A DNA stretch of 64,000 nt from Actinomycetota bacterium (GCA_005884005.1 VAWI01000014.1:6649-70648); one strand, 5' to 3'. Positions 43,977 through 53,507 are shown, counted from the stretch's first letter. Program-made: numbers and translations. The notes: generated by a model from the sequence alone, not told the origin.

Positions 43977-45641
43977 ATGGCCCGTCCGGCCACGCGCAAC
44001 ATCGGCCGCCTCTCCGAGATCGCGCAGGTCGCGGTCAGGCACGGCTTCGGTTACTTCTTCGAGCGACACCGGCTGACCGACCTCTTTCCGTGGATCGATC
44101 GCGACGGGAGCGCCGAGTCGCCGTCGGACCGGGGGCGCCGTCTCCGGGAGATGTTGGACGAGCTCGGCCCAACATTCGTCAAGTTCGGCCAGTTGCTCTC
44201 GACCCGCCCGGACATCGTCCCGCCCGACATCGTGCTCGAGCTCCAGAAGCTGCAGGACGACGTCCGGCCAATCCCCTTCGCCGACGTCCGGCGCGTGATT
44301 CACGAGGACCTTGGGCTCACAATCGAGCAGGCCTTCCTGGAGTTCGACGAGCGTCCGACCGCGGCGGCCTCGATCGGCCAGGTCCACCACGCACTGCTCC
44401 CCAACGGCGAGCGCGTCGCAGTCAAGGTTCAGCGGCCGAATGCCCCGCGCCAAATCGAATCCGACATCGCGCTGCTCTTCCAGGCGGCACGACTCGCCAA
44501 GGAGCGCGTCCGGGCCCTTGACTTCATCGACGCTGAGCAGATCGTCGACGAATTCGCGCGCTCGATCCGCAGCGAGCTCGACTACCGCGCGGAGGCGAGG
44601 AACGCCGAGATCTTCCGGCGCAACTTCTCGGGCGAAGCGGACGTCAAGATTCCACGTGTCTACTGGACCTACACCCGCCGGCGAGTGCTCGTGCTCGAGC
44701 TGCTCGAGGGAACGCAGCTCGCGGACATCGATTTCGCCGCGCTGAGCCAGGGGGAGCGCCGCGACCTCGCCTACCGGATCGCCGAGACCTGGATGACGAT
44801 GATCTTCCGGCACGGTTTCTTTCACGCCGACCCGCACCCGGCCAACGTTTTCGTCCTCGACGGCGGTGCCGCAGTCGGGCTTGTCGACTTCGGGCAGGTC
44901 GGCAAGCTCACCGACGAGGACATGTCGAAGCTGACGGGGCTCTTCATCGACGCCGCGAACGAGCGCGTCGACGCAATGCCGCGACGGCTCGCGGAGCTCG
45001 GTGTTCGCTATCCGCGCGATCGCGAGGACGAGTTCAGGGATGAGCTTCGCGACATTTACTACCGCTACTACGGCGTCGGCCTTGCCGAGATCGACCCACT
45101 GCAGGTGATCCGCGAGGCCTTCGACGTGATCTACCGGATGAACCTCCGCCTGCCGACGCGGTTCGTCCTGCTCGACAAGGCGATCGCCACGCTCGCATCC
45201 GTCGGGATCGAGCTCTACCCCGACTTCAACGTCTTCGAGGTCGCGAAGCCGTACGCCCGAAACCTGATGCTCGAACGCTTTTCGCCCGAGCGGATCCTCT
45301 CGCGGGCTCAGAAGGAGTCGGGTGAGCTCGTCCGGATCGCGGCGACGTTGCCGTACCAATTGCACGACGTGCTCGAAGAGTTCCGCGACGGGCAGATCGA
45401 GGTCGGCTTCATCCACAAGGGGCTCGACGAATTCATGCACAAGGTCGATGTCGCCTTCAACCGGCTCGTCGTCGCGCTGATCGTCGTCGGCGGCCTGATC
45501 GGCTCGAGTCTGATCGGAATCTTTGCGAAGCACGGGCCGTTCGTCTTCGGGGTCAACTTTCTCTCGTTCATCGGCTTTCTGCTCTCGGGCGCGCTCGGGG
45601 TCTGGTTGCTTTGGGGCGTCATCCGTTCCGGACGGCTTTGA
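43977..45641 (+). CDS. ABC1/AarF/UbiB-family atypical kinase
   Basis: ATG 43977. Blocks LGPTFVKFGQLLSTRPD, ASIGQVH, VAVKVQRP and GFFHADPHPAN, with two C-terminal TM helices. Confidence 0.85.
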   Translation: MARPATRNIGRLSEIAQVAVRHGFGYFFERHRLTDLFPWIDRDGSAESPSDRGRRLREMLDELGPTFVKFGQLLSTRPDIVPPDIVLELQKLQDDVRPIPFADVRRVIHEDLGLTIEQAFLEFDERPTAAASIGQVHHALLPNGERVAVKVQRPNAPRQIESDIALLFQAARLAKERVRALDFIDAEQIVDEFARSIRSELDYRAEARNAEIFRRNFSGEADVKIPRVYWTYTRRRVLVLELLEGTQLADIDFAALSQGERRDLAYRIAETWMTMIFRHGFFHADPHPANVFVLDGGAAVGLVDFGQVGKLTDEDMSKLTGLFIDAANERVDAMPRRLAELGVRYPRDREDEFRDELRDIYYRYYGVGLAEIDPLQVIREAFDVIYRMNLRLPTRFVLLDKAIATLASVGIELYPDFNVFEVAKPYARNLMLERFSPERILSRAQKESGELVRIAATLPYQLHDVLEEFRDGQIEVGFIHKGLDEFMHKVDVAFNRLVVALIVVGGLIGSSLIGIFAKHGPFVFGVNFLSFIGFLLSGALGVWLLWGVIRSGRL

Positions 45642-45670
45642 CCGCGAAAAGTGCCGCGCACTTTTCGCGG
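45642..45670 (+). terminator. perfect 13-bp-stem/3-nt-loop hairpin CCGCGAAAAGTGC-CGC-GCACTTTTCGCGG directly after the stop
   Basis: Read from the sequence. It starts 1 nt after TGA 45639-45641. Member of the same hairpin family. Confidence 0.5.
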
Positions 45671-45812
45671 CGCTGGGTTGTCGCGTCGCTGCGCTCGCGA
45701 GACAGAACACGGCCGTCTCGGTCGGGTGCCCAAAACTCCGTGGATCGTTCGTTGCAATTTCGCTTCAAAGGACATCTGGCTGACGCGCGAGCTTGGCGCT
45801 ACTTTCGCCGCC

Positions 45813-46580
45813 ATGAACTCCGCCCTCCTCCTCGCCGAGCCTGAGCCGTCGACCAGGGAGTTTCTCCAGCGCCACCTCGCGGACGACGGGTTCGACGTGC
45901 TCGGCGCCGAGGCCGACCGCGAGGCGCTCGAGCTGCTGGAGCGCCTGAAGCCGTCGCTCGTGCTCTCCTCTCCCGAGCTGTGTCGCCGGCTTCGGGAGGG
46001 CGAGCCCGGTCGCTCGTGGGACCGCGAAGTACCGGTGATCGTGCTCGGCGGAACCGAGGCCGACAGCGTCGACCGGGTTCGCGCGTTCGACCGCGGCTGC
46101 GACGACTACGTGCCGCGGCCGTTCCACTACGACGAGCTGCTGGCCCGAATCCGGGCCGTCCTCCGGCGCGCTTCGCCGTCCCTGCGCGACCGGCTCGAGG
46201 CCGGGCCGATCGCCGTCGATCTCGTCACGCGTCGCGCGACCGTCCATGGGCGAACGGTGGCGCTGCCGGCGAAGGAGTACGACCTGCTCGCGAAACTCGC
46301 GACCGAGCCGGAGCGCGCCTTCACCAAGGAGCAGTTGCTGCGCGAGGTGTGGGGCTACGTCGCGCTCGGCCGAACTCGGACGCTCGACTCGCACTCGTCA
46401 CGGCTGCGGCGGAAGCTGCGGCAGGCCGGTGCCGGTCCATGCGTGGTCAACATCTGGGGCGTCGGCTATCGGCTCTTGGATCCAGAAAGGCCGCCGTCGC
46501 CGGCATTGCCAACAGGGAGTGAACGGACGCCCCGGCCGAGCCGGGACGTCCTCCAGGTCGGCGTCGCAAGCGGCGAGTGA
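45813..46580 (+). CDS. atypical OmpR-family regulator with a degenerate receiver domain
   Basis: The winged-helix output domain is intact (LPAKEYDLLAKLA...NIWGVGYRL). In the receiver, the acidic pair is replaced (LLLAEPEP), the phospho-Asp segment is missing (LVLSSPELC) and the conserved Lys is Arg (VPRPF). Confidence 0.75.
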   Translation: MNSALLLAEPEPSTREFLQRHLADDGFDVLGAEADREALELLERLKPSLVLSSPELCRRLREGEPGRSWDREVPVIVLGGTEADSVDRVRAFDRGCDDYVPRPFHYDELLARIRAVLRRASPSLRDRLEAGPIAVDLVTRRATVHGRTVALPAKEYDLLAKLATEPERAFTKEQLLREVWGYVALGRTRTLDSHSSRLRRKLRQAGAGPCVVNIWGVGYRLLDPERPPSPALPTGSERTPRPSRDVLQVGVASGE

Positions 46581-46587
46581 CGAGCCG

Positions 46588-46995
46588 CTACTTGAAGATG
46601 TTCAGTAGCTCCTGAAACACGTTGACCGTGGCCGTGTTCGGTTGACGGACGATCGTCGGCGACGTGCGGGTGATGCTCTGCAGTTGGCTGCAGGCGTTGT
46701 AGTCAGTGACAGGGTTCGGCGGCGCCGTGTACCCGGCGATCCCCGAGCCTGCCAGCGCGTCGGCCGTTACGGCTGAGTTGCAGCCTCCATACAGGAGCGC
46801 CACGACCGCGACGCCCTCGGTCTGCAAGAGCGTCGTGTTGATCTTCTTGACGGTCTTCTGAAGCGTCTTCACCTGTCCTTGCAGCGTCCGGATCTGAGCC
46901 GCCATTCGGGCCGGACTCGGCGTGGCCGCCGTCGCCGGCACCGCCAGCGCCAGCGCGAGTACGAGTGCGAAAAGGGCTGGAAGTGCCCGCCTCAT
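46588..46995 (-). CDS. secreted hypothetical protein
   Basis: Signal peptide MRRALPALFALVLALALAVPATA. 135 aa; no family recognised. Confidence 0.55.
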   Translation of the reverse strand: MRRALPALFALVLALALAVPATAATPSPARMAAQIRTLQGQVKTLQKTVKKINTTLLQTEGVAVVALLYGGCNSAVTADALAGSGIAGYTAPPNPVTDYNACSQLQSITRTSPTIVRQPNTATVNVFQELLNIFK

Positions 46996-47058
46996 TGAGA
47001 TTCCTCCTCCGGTCGTGGACCCCGTGTGAGGGTCGTATATCCCACGCCGGAGTGGGGG

Positions 47059-47625
47059 TCAAGCGAGGATCGCACCCTCCAGCCGCAGCAGCGTCTCCTT
47101 GCGCTCGAGCCCGCCCGCGTAGCCGACCAGCGAGCCGTTGGCCCCGACCACCCGGTGGCAGGGCAACACGATCGGGACGGGGTTGCGGTTCATGATCGTC
47201 CCCACCGCCCGAGCCGCCTTCGGCTTGCCGGCTTTCGCGGCGAGCGCGCCGTACGTCGTGACCTCGCCGAACGGCACGCGCCCGAGCTCCTCGAGCACCG
47301 TGCGGCCGAAGTCACGGGCGAGTCGTAGATCGACATCGAGCTCGAACCGTCTGCGCTCCCCCCCGAAGTACTCGTCGAGCTGCCGGCGAGCCGGGTCGAC
47401 CGGCCGCGGCGAGCGGAGGACGCGGGAGCCGAAATTGCGCGCGAGCCTTTCGACCTCTGCGTCCGGATCCGCCTCGTAGGAGATGACGCAGAGACCACGG
47501 TCGGAGACACCGACGAAGAGGTCGCCGAGCGGAGACTCCACGAGGTCGTATGCGACGTCGAGCAGGCCCTCCTCCGCCGCGGCAGCGCGAAAGTGAGTGT
47601 CGAGCTCCAGAGGGACGTTGGTCAC
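47059..47625 (-). CDS. ogt: methylated-DNA--protein-cysteine methyltransferase
   Basis: Active site IVLPCHRVV plus the upstream helix-turn-helix TYGALAAKAGKPKAARAVG. GTGA overlap with the sigma factor gene. Confidence 0.9.
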   Translation of the reverse strand: MTNVPLELDTHFRAAAAEEGLLDVAYDLVESPLGDLFVGVSDRGLCVISYEADPDAEVERLARNFGSRVLRSPRPVDPARRQLDEYFGGERRRFELDVDLRLARDFGRTVLEELGRVPFGEVTTYGALAAKAGKPKAARAVGTIMNRNPVPIVLPCHRVVGANGSLVGYAGGLERKETLLRLEGAILA

Positions 47626-48083
47626 GATTGCTTGCTCCTTTCTCTCAAGCGGCGCACCCCCGAGGAGGCGGCCTGGCGCGCCGCGTCCTCGGAGGAGCCG
47701 AGGGCGGCGGCGATCTCGTCGTAAGGAAGGTCGAAGCCGTAGCGAAGGACGACGGCGGCGCGTTCCTTCGGCGGCAGCTCGTCGGTCATAGGTCCGAGCT
47801 CGGCATGGGGCGGGAGGCCGTCCTCGACCGCGACCTCAGGCAACTCGCCGGTCGGCCGTCGCCGCCGCGTCTCGTCGATCGCGATTCGCGTCGCGATCGT
47901 GAAGACCCAGGCGCGGAGGTGCCGGCCGTTCCGCAGCTCCGGGTAGGCGCGGAGCGCGCGCAGGAAGGTCTCCTGGAAGGCGTCCTCGGCGCCCTGTCCA
48001 AGCAAGCGCCGCAGATGAGCGAAAACAGGGTCCTTGTGGTCCTCGTAGAACGATTCGAAGGGCGGGATGCGCACGCGCTCCAT
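47622..48083 (-). CDS. ECF-type sigma-70 family RNA polymerase sigma factor
   Basis: Region 2 (AFQETFLRALRAYPELRNGRHLRAWVFTIATRIAID) and region 4 (ERAAVVLRYGFDLPYDEIAAALGSSEDAARQAASSGVRRLRE). I prefer ATG 48083. Confidence 0.85.
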   Translation of the reverse strand: MERVRIPPFESFYEDHKDPVFAHLRRLLGQGAEDAFQETFLRALRAYPELRNGRHLRAWVFTIATRIAIDETRRRRPTGELPEVAVEDGLPPHAELGPMTDELPPKERAAVVLRYGFDLPYDEIAAALGSSEDAARQAASSGVRRLRERSKQS

Positions 48084-48140
48084 CTTCTGCTGAAACGTGT
48101 CCGCGCGTCGAGGTGTGAGATGTGGCGCCAAAGGGTTGCC

Positions 48141-48177
48141 AAGTGGGAGTAAGTGGTTTAAAGTGGGTCGCAGTGGA
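48141..48177 (+). promoter_or_regulatory. four phased MraZ-type boxes (AAGTGGG/AAGTGGT/AAGTGGG/cAGTGGA, exact 10-bp period)
   Basis: The boxes start at 48141, 48151, 48161 and 48171, and the last ends 3 nt before the mraZ ATG. A TAAAGT -10-like hexamer (48159-48164) is embedded in them. Confidence 0.6.
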
Positions 48178-48179
48178 CC

Positions 48180-48614
48180 ATGCTGCTAGGTGAGTACGAG
48201 CATACGATCGATGACAAGAACCGCCTCACGCTCCCGGCCAAGTTCCGACAGGCGTTCGACGAAGGCCTGGTCCTCACCCGGGGAATCGAGCGGTGTCTCT
48301 CCGCGTACCCGCGCGACAATTGGACCGAAACCGTCGAGTCGCGCCTGCGAGAGCTCGACCCGCTCAGCAAGGAAGGCCGGGTGATGCAGCGCTACTTCTT
48401 CTCGGGAGCGGCCGAGGCCGAGCTGGACAAGCAAGGCAGAGTGATGGTGCCGTCGCCGCTCGGCGACTACGCCGGGCTCGGGAAGGAGGTCGTCGTGGTT
48501 GGGATCCGCGACCACCTCGAGATCTGGGATCGCGCCTCGTGGCGCGCACACCTGGACGAGATCGAAGGGAGTGCCGAGGATGTTGCCGAGCGTCTTGCAA
48601 CCAAGCGCGACTGA
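48180..48614 (+). CDS. mraZ: division/cell wall cluster transcriptional regulator MraZ
   Basis: Two SpoVT-AbrB repeats with DDKNRLTLPAKFR and DKQGRVMVPSPL. Confidence 0.95.
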   Translation: MLLGEYEHTIDDKNRLTLPAKFRQAFDEGLVLTRGIERCLSAYPRDNWTETVESRLRELDPLSKEGRVMQRYFFSGAAEAELDKQGRVMVPSPLGDYAGLGKEVVVVGIRDHLEIWDRASWRAHLDEIEGSAEDVAERLATKRD

Positions 48615-49536
48615 TCACGTTCCCGTACTGGCCGACGAGGTTCGGCAGCTGCTTGCGATCGAGCCCGGGGAGACGGTGGTGGACGCGACGTTCGGGGCAG
48701 GCGGTCACGCAGCTCTCCTTGCCGCTGACCTGCGCGGCGAGGGCCGGCTGATCGCGATTGACCGCGACCCAAGCGCGCGCGCGTACTTCGATCGCTTTCG
48801 CAAGCAGACCGGCGTCCAGGGCCGCTTCCTCCGCGGCGACTTTTCGATCGTGCTCGAGCAGCTTGCCGACAACGGCGCTCGTGCCGACGCGATCCTGTTC
48901 GATCTCGGCGTTTCGTCGATGCAGATCGACCGCCCCGAGCGGGGCTTCTCGTACGCAGCCGACGCGCCACTCGACATGCGTATGGACCCCTCGGCCGACT
49001 ATTCCGCCCGCGAGCTCGTCAACGAGGGCTCCGAGCGCGAGCTGACGCGGATCTTCCGCCAGTACGGCGAGGAGCGCTACGCGAAGCAGATCGCCCGCGC
49101 GATCGCCCGGCGGCGTCGCGAGCAGCCGTTCGAACGAACCGGCGAGCTCGTCGAGACGATCAAGAATGCAATCCCGGCGCCGGCTCGCTTCGGCGACGGG
49201 CATCCTGCGAAGCGGGTCTTCCAGGCGCTTCGCATTGCCGTCAACGACGAGTTGACGGCGCTCGAGGACGCGCTGCCTGCGGCGGTTGAGCTCTTGAACC
49301 CGGGCGGCAGGCTGGCGGTGATCAGCTTCCATTCGCTCGAGGACAGGATCGTCAAGCGTTTCCTCCGCGACCAGGAGCACGGCTGCACCTGCCCGCCGGA
49401 CTTCCCGGTCTGCGTCTGCGGCCAGGAGCCGGTGCTGCGTGCCACGCCGCGACGGGCGATTCGGCCGAGCTCCCGCGAGACGGCGAGCAACCCTCGGGCC
49501 GCGTCGGCGCGATTGAGGGCCGCGGTGAAGGTCTGA
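48580..49536 (+). CDS. rsmH: 16S rRNA (cytosine1402-N4)-methyltransferase
   Basis: HVPVLADEV, DATFGAGGHA, FDLGVSSMQID and ISFHSLEDRIVK. Starting at ATG 48580 overlaps mraZ by 35 nt, so the start is uncertain. Confidence 0.9.
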   Translation: MLPSVLQPSATDHVPVLADEVRQLLAIEPGETVVDATFGAGGHAALLAADLRGEGRLIAIDRDPSARAYFDRFRKQTGVQGRFLRGDFSIVLEQLADNGARADAILFDLGVSSMQIDRPERGFSYAADAPLDMRMDPSADYSARELVNEGSERELTRIFRQYGEERYAKQIARAIARRRREQPFERTGELVETIKNAIPAPARFGDGHPAKRVFQALRIAVNDELTALEDALPAAVELLNPGGRLAVISFHSLEDRIVKRFLRDQEHGCTCPPDFPVCVCGQEPVLRATPRRAIRPSSRETASNPRAASARLRAAVKV

Positions 49537-49937
49537 TGGCCTCCTGGCACGCAGTCGCCGCACCGGCCCCGGCGCGCGCGCCGGCCCGAAAGCGCACTCG
49601 AGCCCGCGATCTCGATCACCGGCGACCTCGGCCCGGGTCGAAGCGAAGCGTAAAAGCAAAGGTCGGGGTCGCAGGTGGCCTAGCCTGGATCATCGTCGCC
49701 GGGGTGCTGCTTGCCGGGATTGTGGCGCTGAACGTCGCCGTGCTGCGGCTGAATATCCGGCTCGACCACATGAACACCAAGAGCCAACAGCTCCAGGCAG
49801 AGAACGCGGCGCTTGGAGCCCAGCTTTCCGGCGCTGTCTCGTCGCCGCGGATCCAGGCCCTGGCCAAAGCGCGCGGCTTCGTCCCGGCCGATCCGACGAC
49901 GATCGGCTACGTCGACCTCGCACCTCGCCGGCCTTGA
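49536..49937 (+). CDS. ftsL: cell division protein FtsL-like
   Basis: Basic N-terminus, a single TM helix, then a coiled coil (LNIRLDHMNTKSQQLQAENAALGAQL). Its position between rsmH and ftsI fits the call. Confidence 0.7.
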   Translation: MASWHAVAAPAPARAPARKRTRARDLDHRRPRPGSKRSVKAKVGVAGGLAWIIVAGVLLAGIVALNVAVLRLNIRLDHMNTKSQQLQAENAALGAQLSGAVSSPRIQALAKARGFVPADPTTIGYVDLAPRRP

Positions 49938-51628
49938 GCGGTCGGGTCGCGAACCGCCGGATCCGCCTGCTCCTCGCCGTCTTCGCGATCGTCTTCGGCG
50001 TCACGCTGGTCCGAGCCGTCTGGCTGCAAGGGGTGCGTGCCCAGTCGCTCGGCAGGATGGCGGCGAGCCAGCACCGCACGACGGTCGACCTCGCGGCGAA
50101 CCGGGGCACGATCTACGACAGCGCGGGCGTCCAGCTGGCGCTCGGTGAGCAGGCGATCACGGTCTACGCCGATCCGCTGCAGATCCGAGACGCGACCAAG
50201 GTCGCACCGGCGGTCGCCCGCATCCTCAGGCTCGACCCGAGACAGGTGTACGAAAAGCTCTCCGACCGAAAGCACGGCTTTGTCTACGTCGAGCGCAAGG
50301 CGGATGCGGCCCGTGCCGCGCGGCTCCAGCGTCTACACATCACGGGGCTTGGGTTCTACCCCGAGGAGCGGCGCTTCTACCCCCAGCACGGCATCGCCGC
50401 GCAGGTGCTCGGCTACGCAGGGATCGACAACCACGGCCTATCCGGGCTGGAGCTCGCCCTCGACAAACCGTTGGCGGGTCGCGCGGGACGCGAGACGCTT
50501 GTGCGCGACCCGCTCGGCCACGTGCTCGACTCGATCGTCTCGAGGCCTGCCCGCAACGGGAGCGAAGTCTCGCTCACGATCAACAACGTCATTCAGGCTC
50601 AGGCGGAGCAGGTTCTGCGCCAGACGGTCCAGCGCTGGCACGCGAAAGACGGCACCGCGATCGTGCTCGATCCCCATACGGGTGCGGTGCTCGCGATGGC
50701 CGTGGCTCCCTCTTACGACGCAAACAACTTCCCCGGCGTCTCGAAAGACCTGCAACGAAATCGCGCGGTCACCGACACCTACGAGCCCGGCTCGACCTTC
50801 AAGCTCGTCACCGTAGCCGGCGCGCTTTCGACGGGGCTCGTCACGCCGCAGGAAAAGTTCAGGCTTCCCTACGAGATCCAGGTCGCCGACCGCAGGATCC
50901 ACGACGCGGAGCTGCGGGGGACGGAGACGATGAGCGTGGCCACGATCCTCTCGAAGTCCTCCAACGTCGGCGCAATCACGCTCGCACAACTACTCGGGAA
51001 GGACCGGCTCGCGTCTTGGATCTCCCGCTTCGACTTCGGCCGTCCGACCGGCATCGACTTTCCGGGCGAGAGCCAGGGCATCGTGCTCCCGGCGGACAAG
51101 TGGTCGGGCTCGACGATCGGGAACGTGCCGATCGGTCAGGGAATCGCGGTGACGCCGATACAGATGGCGTCGGCCTATGCCGCCATCGCCAACGGCGGAA
51201 TGTGGACTAAGCCGCATCTCGTCGAGCGGGTCGGCGACGGGCTCGCCAAGCCGGTCGCCCGGCATCGGATCGTGACTCGCTGGATCGCCCATGAGCTGAC
51301 ATCGATGCTCCAGAACGTCGTCCTCGACGGCACCGGGACGCTGGCTCGGATTCCCGGCTACCACGTCGCCGGTAAGACGGGCACCGCGGCGAAGCCGGAC
51401 TCGCAAGGCGGCTACTCGACCTCGAAGTACGTCGCCTCGTTCGTCGGCTTCGCCCCGGCGACCCGGCCGCGGATCGTCGTGCTCGTGACGGTCGACGAGC
51501 CTCGGGGCGCTATCTGGGGCGGCGTGGTCGCCGCTCCTGCCTTCAAGGCGATCGCGCAGCAGACGCTGCAATACCTGTCGGCGCCGCCCGACGCGCCGGC
51601 ACAAGTCACCGCTACTTCGACGCCTTGA
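49934..51628 (+). CDS. ftsI: class B penicillin-binding protein (septal transpeptidase FtsI-like)
   Basis: The PBP dimerisation domain plus STFK, SSN and KTGT motifs. TTGA overlap with ftsL. Confidence 0.9.
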   Translation: MSGRVANRRIRLLLAVFAIVFGVTLVRAVWLQGVRAQSLGRMAASQHRTTVDLAANRGTIYDSAGVQLALGEQAITVYADPLQIRDATKVAPAVARILRLDPRQVYEKLSDRKHGFVYVERKADAARAARLQRLHITGLGFYPEERRFYPQHGIAAQVLGYAGIDNHGLSGLELALDKPLAGRAGRETLVRDPLGHVLDSIVSRPARNGSEVSLTINNVIQAQAEQVLRQTVQRWHAKDGTAIVLDPHTGAVLAMAVAPSYDANNFPGVSKDLQRNRAVTDTYEPGSTFKLVTVAGALSTGLVTPQEKFRLPYEIQVADRRIHDAELRGTETMSVATILSKSSNVGAITLAQLLGKDRLASWISRFDFGRPTGIDFPGESQGIVLPADKWSGSTIGNVPIGQGIAVTPIQMASAYAAIANGGMWTKPHLVERVGDGLAKPVARHRIVTRWIAHELTSMLQNVVLDGTGTLARIPGYHVAGKTGTAAKPDSQGGYSTSKYVASFVGFAPATRPRIVVLVTVDEPRGAIWGGVVAAPAFKAIAQQTLQYLSAPPDAPAQVTATSTP

Positions 51629-53507
51629 TCCCGAAGTACGCGGAGTAGATCTCCTTCGCAGCCGGAGCAGCGGCCTCTGCGCCGAAGCCGCCATGCTCGA
51701 TCATGACGACGACCACGAGCTTCGGGTTGTAGGCCGGCGCCCAGGACGCGTACCACGAGTGGTCGCTGCCGGGAGGAGCCTCGGCAGTCCCGGTCTTGCC
51801 GGCCACCTGAATCGGGAACGTCCCGAAGACGGCCCCGGACGTCCCGGAGTGGGCCCCGGCGATCAGCCCGTCCCTGATCGCGCTGAGGCCGGTGAGCTGG
51901 AGGTGGCGCCGGGCTGGAAAGCGGAGCTCCCTGACGATCTGCCCGGTCGAGTTGAGCGCCGCCTTGCCGACGTGCGGCCGGACGACAATGCCCCCGTTCG
52001 CGAGCGTCGAGTACGCGACGGCGAGTTGAAGCGGCGTGATTGCGAGCTGGCCCTGGCCGACCGCGAGGTTGACGGAGTAGCCCTCGTACCAGATCCGCTG
52101 CCAAGCGTACTTGGCCGTCTGTTTCAACCAGGCCGGGGTCGGCACGAGGCCGTAAGACTCGCCGGGGACGTCAAAGCCGGTCGGATGTCCGACACCCAGG
52201 CGACGCGCCCAGTTCTGCATGTAGAGGTGGCCCTTGAGTTGCTCGTAGTAGAACATCGAGCCGAGACGGTAGAACCAGGTGTCGCAGGAGATCGAGAGCG
52301 CCTCGGGTAGCGTCAGGCTGGCGTTGACGCCCGACTCGACGTTGCGGAAAACGCGGCCGCCGACGGTGTAGGTGCTCGTGCAGGGCAGCGTCGAATAGGG
52401 ACTGATCAGGCCCGATGCGAGACCCGCTTCGGCGACGATCGGCTTGAACGTCGAGCCGGTCGGATAGACGCCCTGCGTCGCGCGGTTGACGAGCAGATGG
52501 CGAGGATCGTTCGGATTGAGCAGCGCGCGCAGGTACTCCGGGTCGGTCGCGGCTCGCGCCTGGTTGAAGCGCGGGTAGCTCGCGAGCGCGTAGACCGAGC
52601 CGTCGCGCGGGTTCATCACCACCGCAGCCCCGGCGCGGGCGTCGGAGTGGCCGTTGGCGTGCGCGAGCGCGATCCCGTCCTGAATCGCCTTCTCGGCGAC
52701 ACGTTGAAGGCGCAGGTCGATCGTGAGCTGAAGGCCGCTCGCGGGGCGCGGGACGCGGACGACCCGCGCCGGCCCGATCGGGCGGCCCTGGGCGTCGACG
52801 ACGACCCGTGCCTTCTCGAGCCCGCCGTTCAGCAGCCTGTCGTAGGTCGCCTCCGCACCGGATTGGCCGACGATCGCGCCACCGCGGAGACCCGGATGGG
52901 TATGGGCGGAGAGCTGGCTTGGGCTGATCTCGCCGAGCAGGCCGAGGAACTCTCCCCCGATCGAGCCGCTCGGGTAACTCCGCTCCGGCAGAGCGACGAC
53001 GCGGATTCCGGGAAACTCACGCGCGTGCTCGTCCATGAAGAAACCGAGGTCGCGCGTGATTCTGGGCAGGACGACGGCCGAGGAGTAGGGCGATTTGAAC
53101 TCACTGTGGCGAATACGCTTGATGAAAAGCGTCGTTCGCGCTCCGGAGAGATCGCTGAGCCGTCGTAGAAGCATGCGGCCCTGATGGGTCGGCCACCAGC
53201 GGCCGTGCTGGTCGATCAAGCCGAGGACCGAGGAGTCGACAGACACTGCGAGCCCACCACTCGTTCCGGCCAGGACGCGGCCCTTCGCATCGACGATCTG
53301 ACCGCGTGGCGCGGGGAGGTCGATGAGCCGGAACGTCTGCCGTTGTGCCGCAAGCGCGAAATGCGGCCCGCGTACGACCTGGAGCGACCAGAGGCGGAGT
53401 GCCAGCAGCCCGAAGAGGCCGAGCGTGACGAGCCCGATCATCCCGACGCGGAGGAAGAAGCCGGCGCTTCCATGGAAGTCCGCCGCAGCGACCGAAACCG
53501 GGCGCAC
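51612..53507 (-). CDS. class B penicillin-binding protein (PBP2/MrdA-like)
   Basis: An N-terminal TM helix, STFKPIV, and KTGTAE. It converges on ftsI and overlaps it by 17 nt. The GTG start at 53507 is uncertain. Confidence 0.85.
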   Translation of the reverse strand: MRPVSVAAADFHGSAGFFLRVGMIGLVTLGLFGLLALRLWSLQVVRGPHFALAAQRQTFRLIDLPAPRGQIVDAKGRVLAGTSGGLAVSVDSSVLGLIDQHGRWWPTHQGRMLLRRLSDLSGARTTLFIKRIRHSEFKSPYSSAVVLPRITRDLGFFMDEHAREFPGIRVVALPERSYPSGSIGGEFLGLLGEISPSQLSAHTHPGLRGGAIVGQSGAEATYDRLLNGGLEKARVVVDAQGRPIGPARVVRVPRPASGLQLTIDLRLQRVAEKAIQDGIALAHANGHSDARAGAAVVMNPRDGSVYALASYPRFNQARAATDPEYLRALLNPNDPRHLLVNRATQGVYPTGSTFKPIVAEAGLASGLISPYSTLPCTSTYTVGGRVFRNVESGVNASLTLPEALSISCDTWFYRLGSMFYYEQLKGHLYMQNWARRLGVGHPTGFDVPGESYGLVPTPAWLKQTAKYAWQRIWYEGYSVNLAVGQGQLAITPLQLAVAYSTLANGGIVVRPHVGKAALNSTGQIVRELRFPARRHLQLTGLSAIRDGLIAGAHSGTSGAVFGTFPIQVAGKTGTAEAPPGSDHSWYASWAPAYNPKLVVVVMIEHGGFGAEAAAPAAKEIYSAYFGIKASK

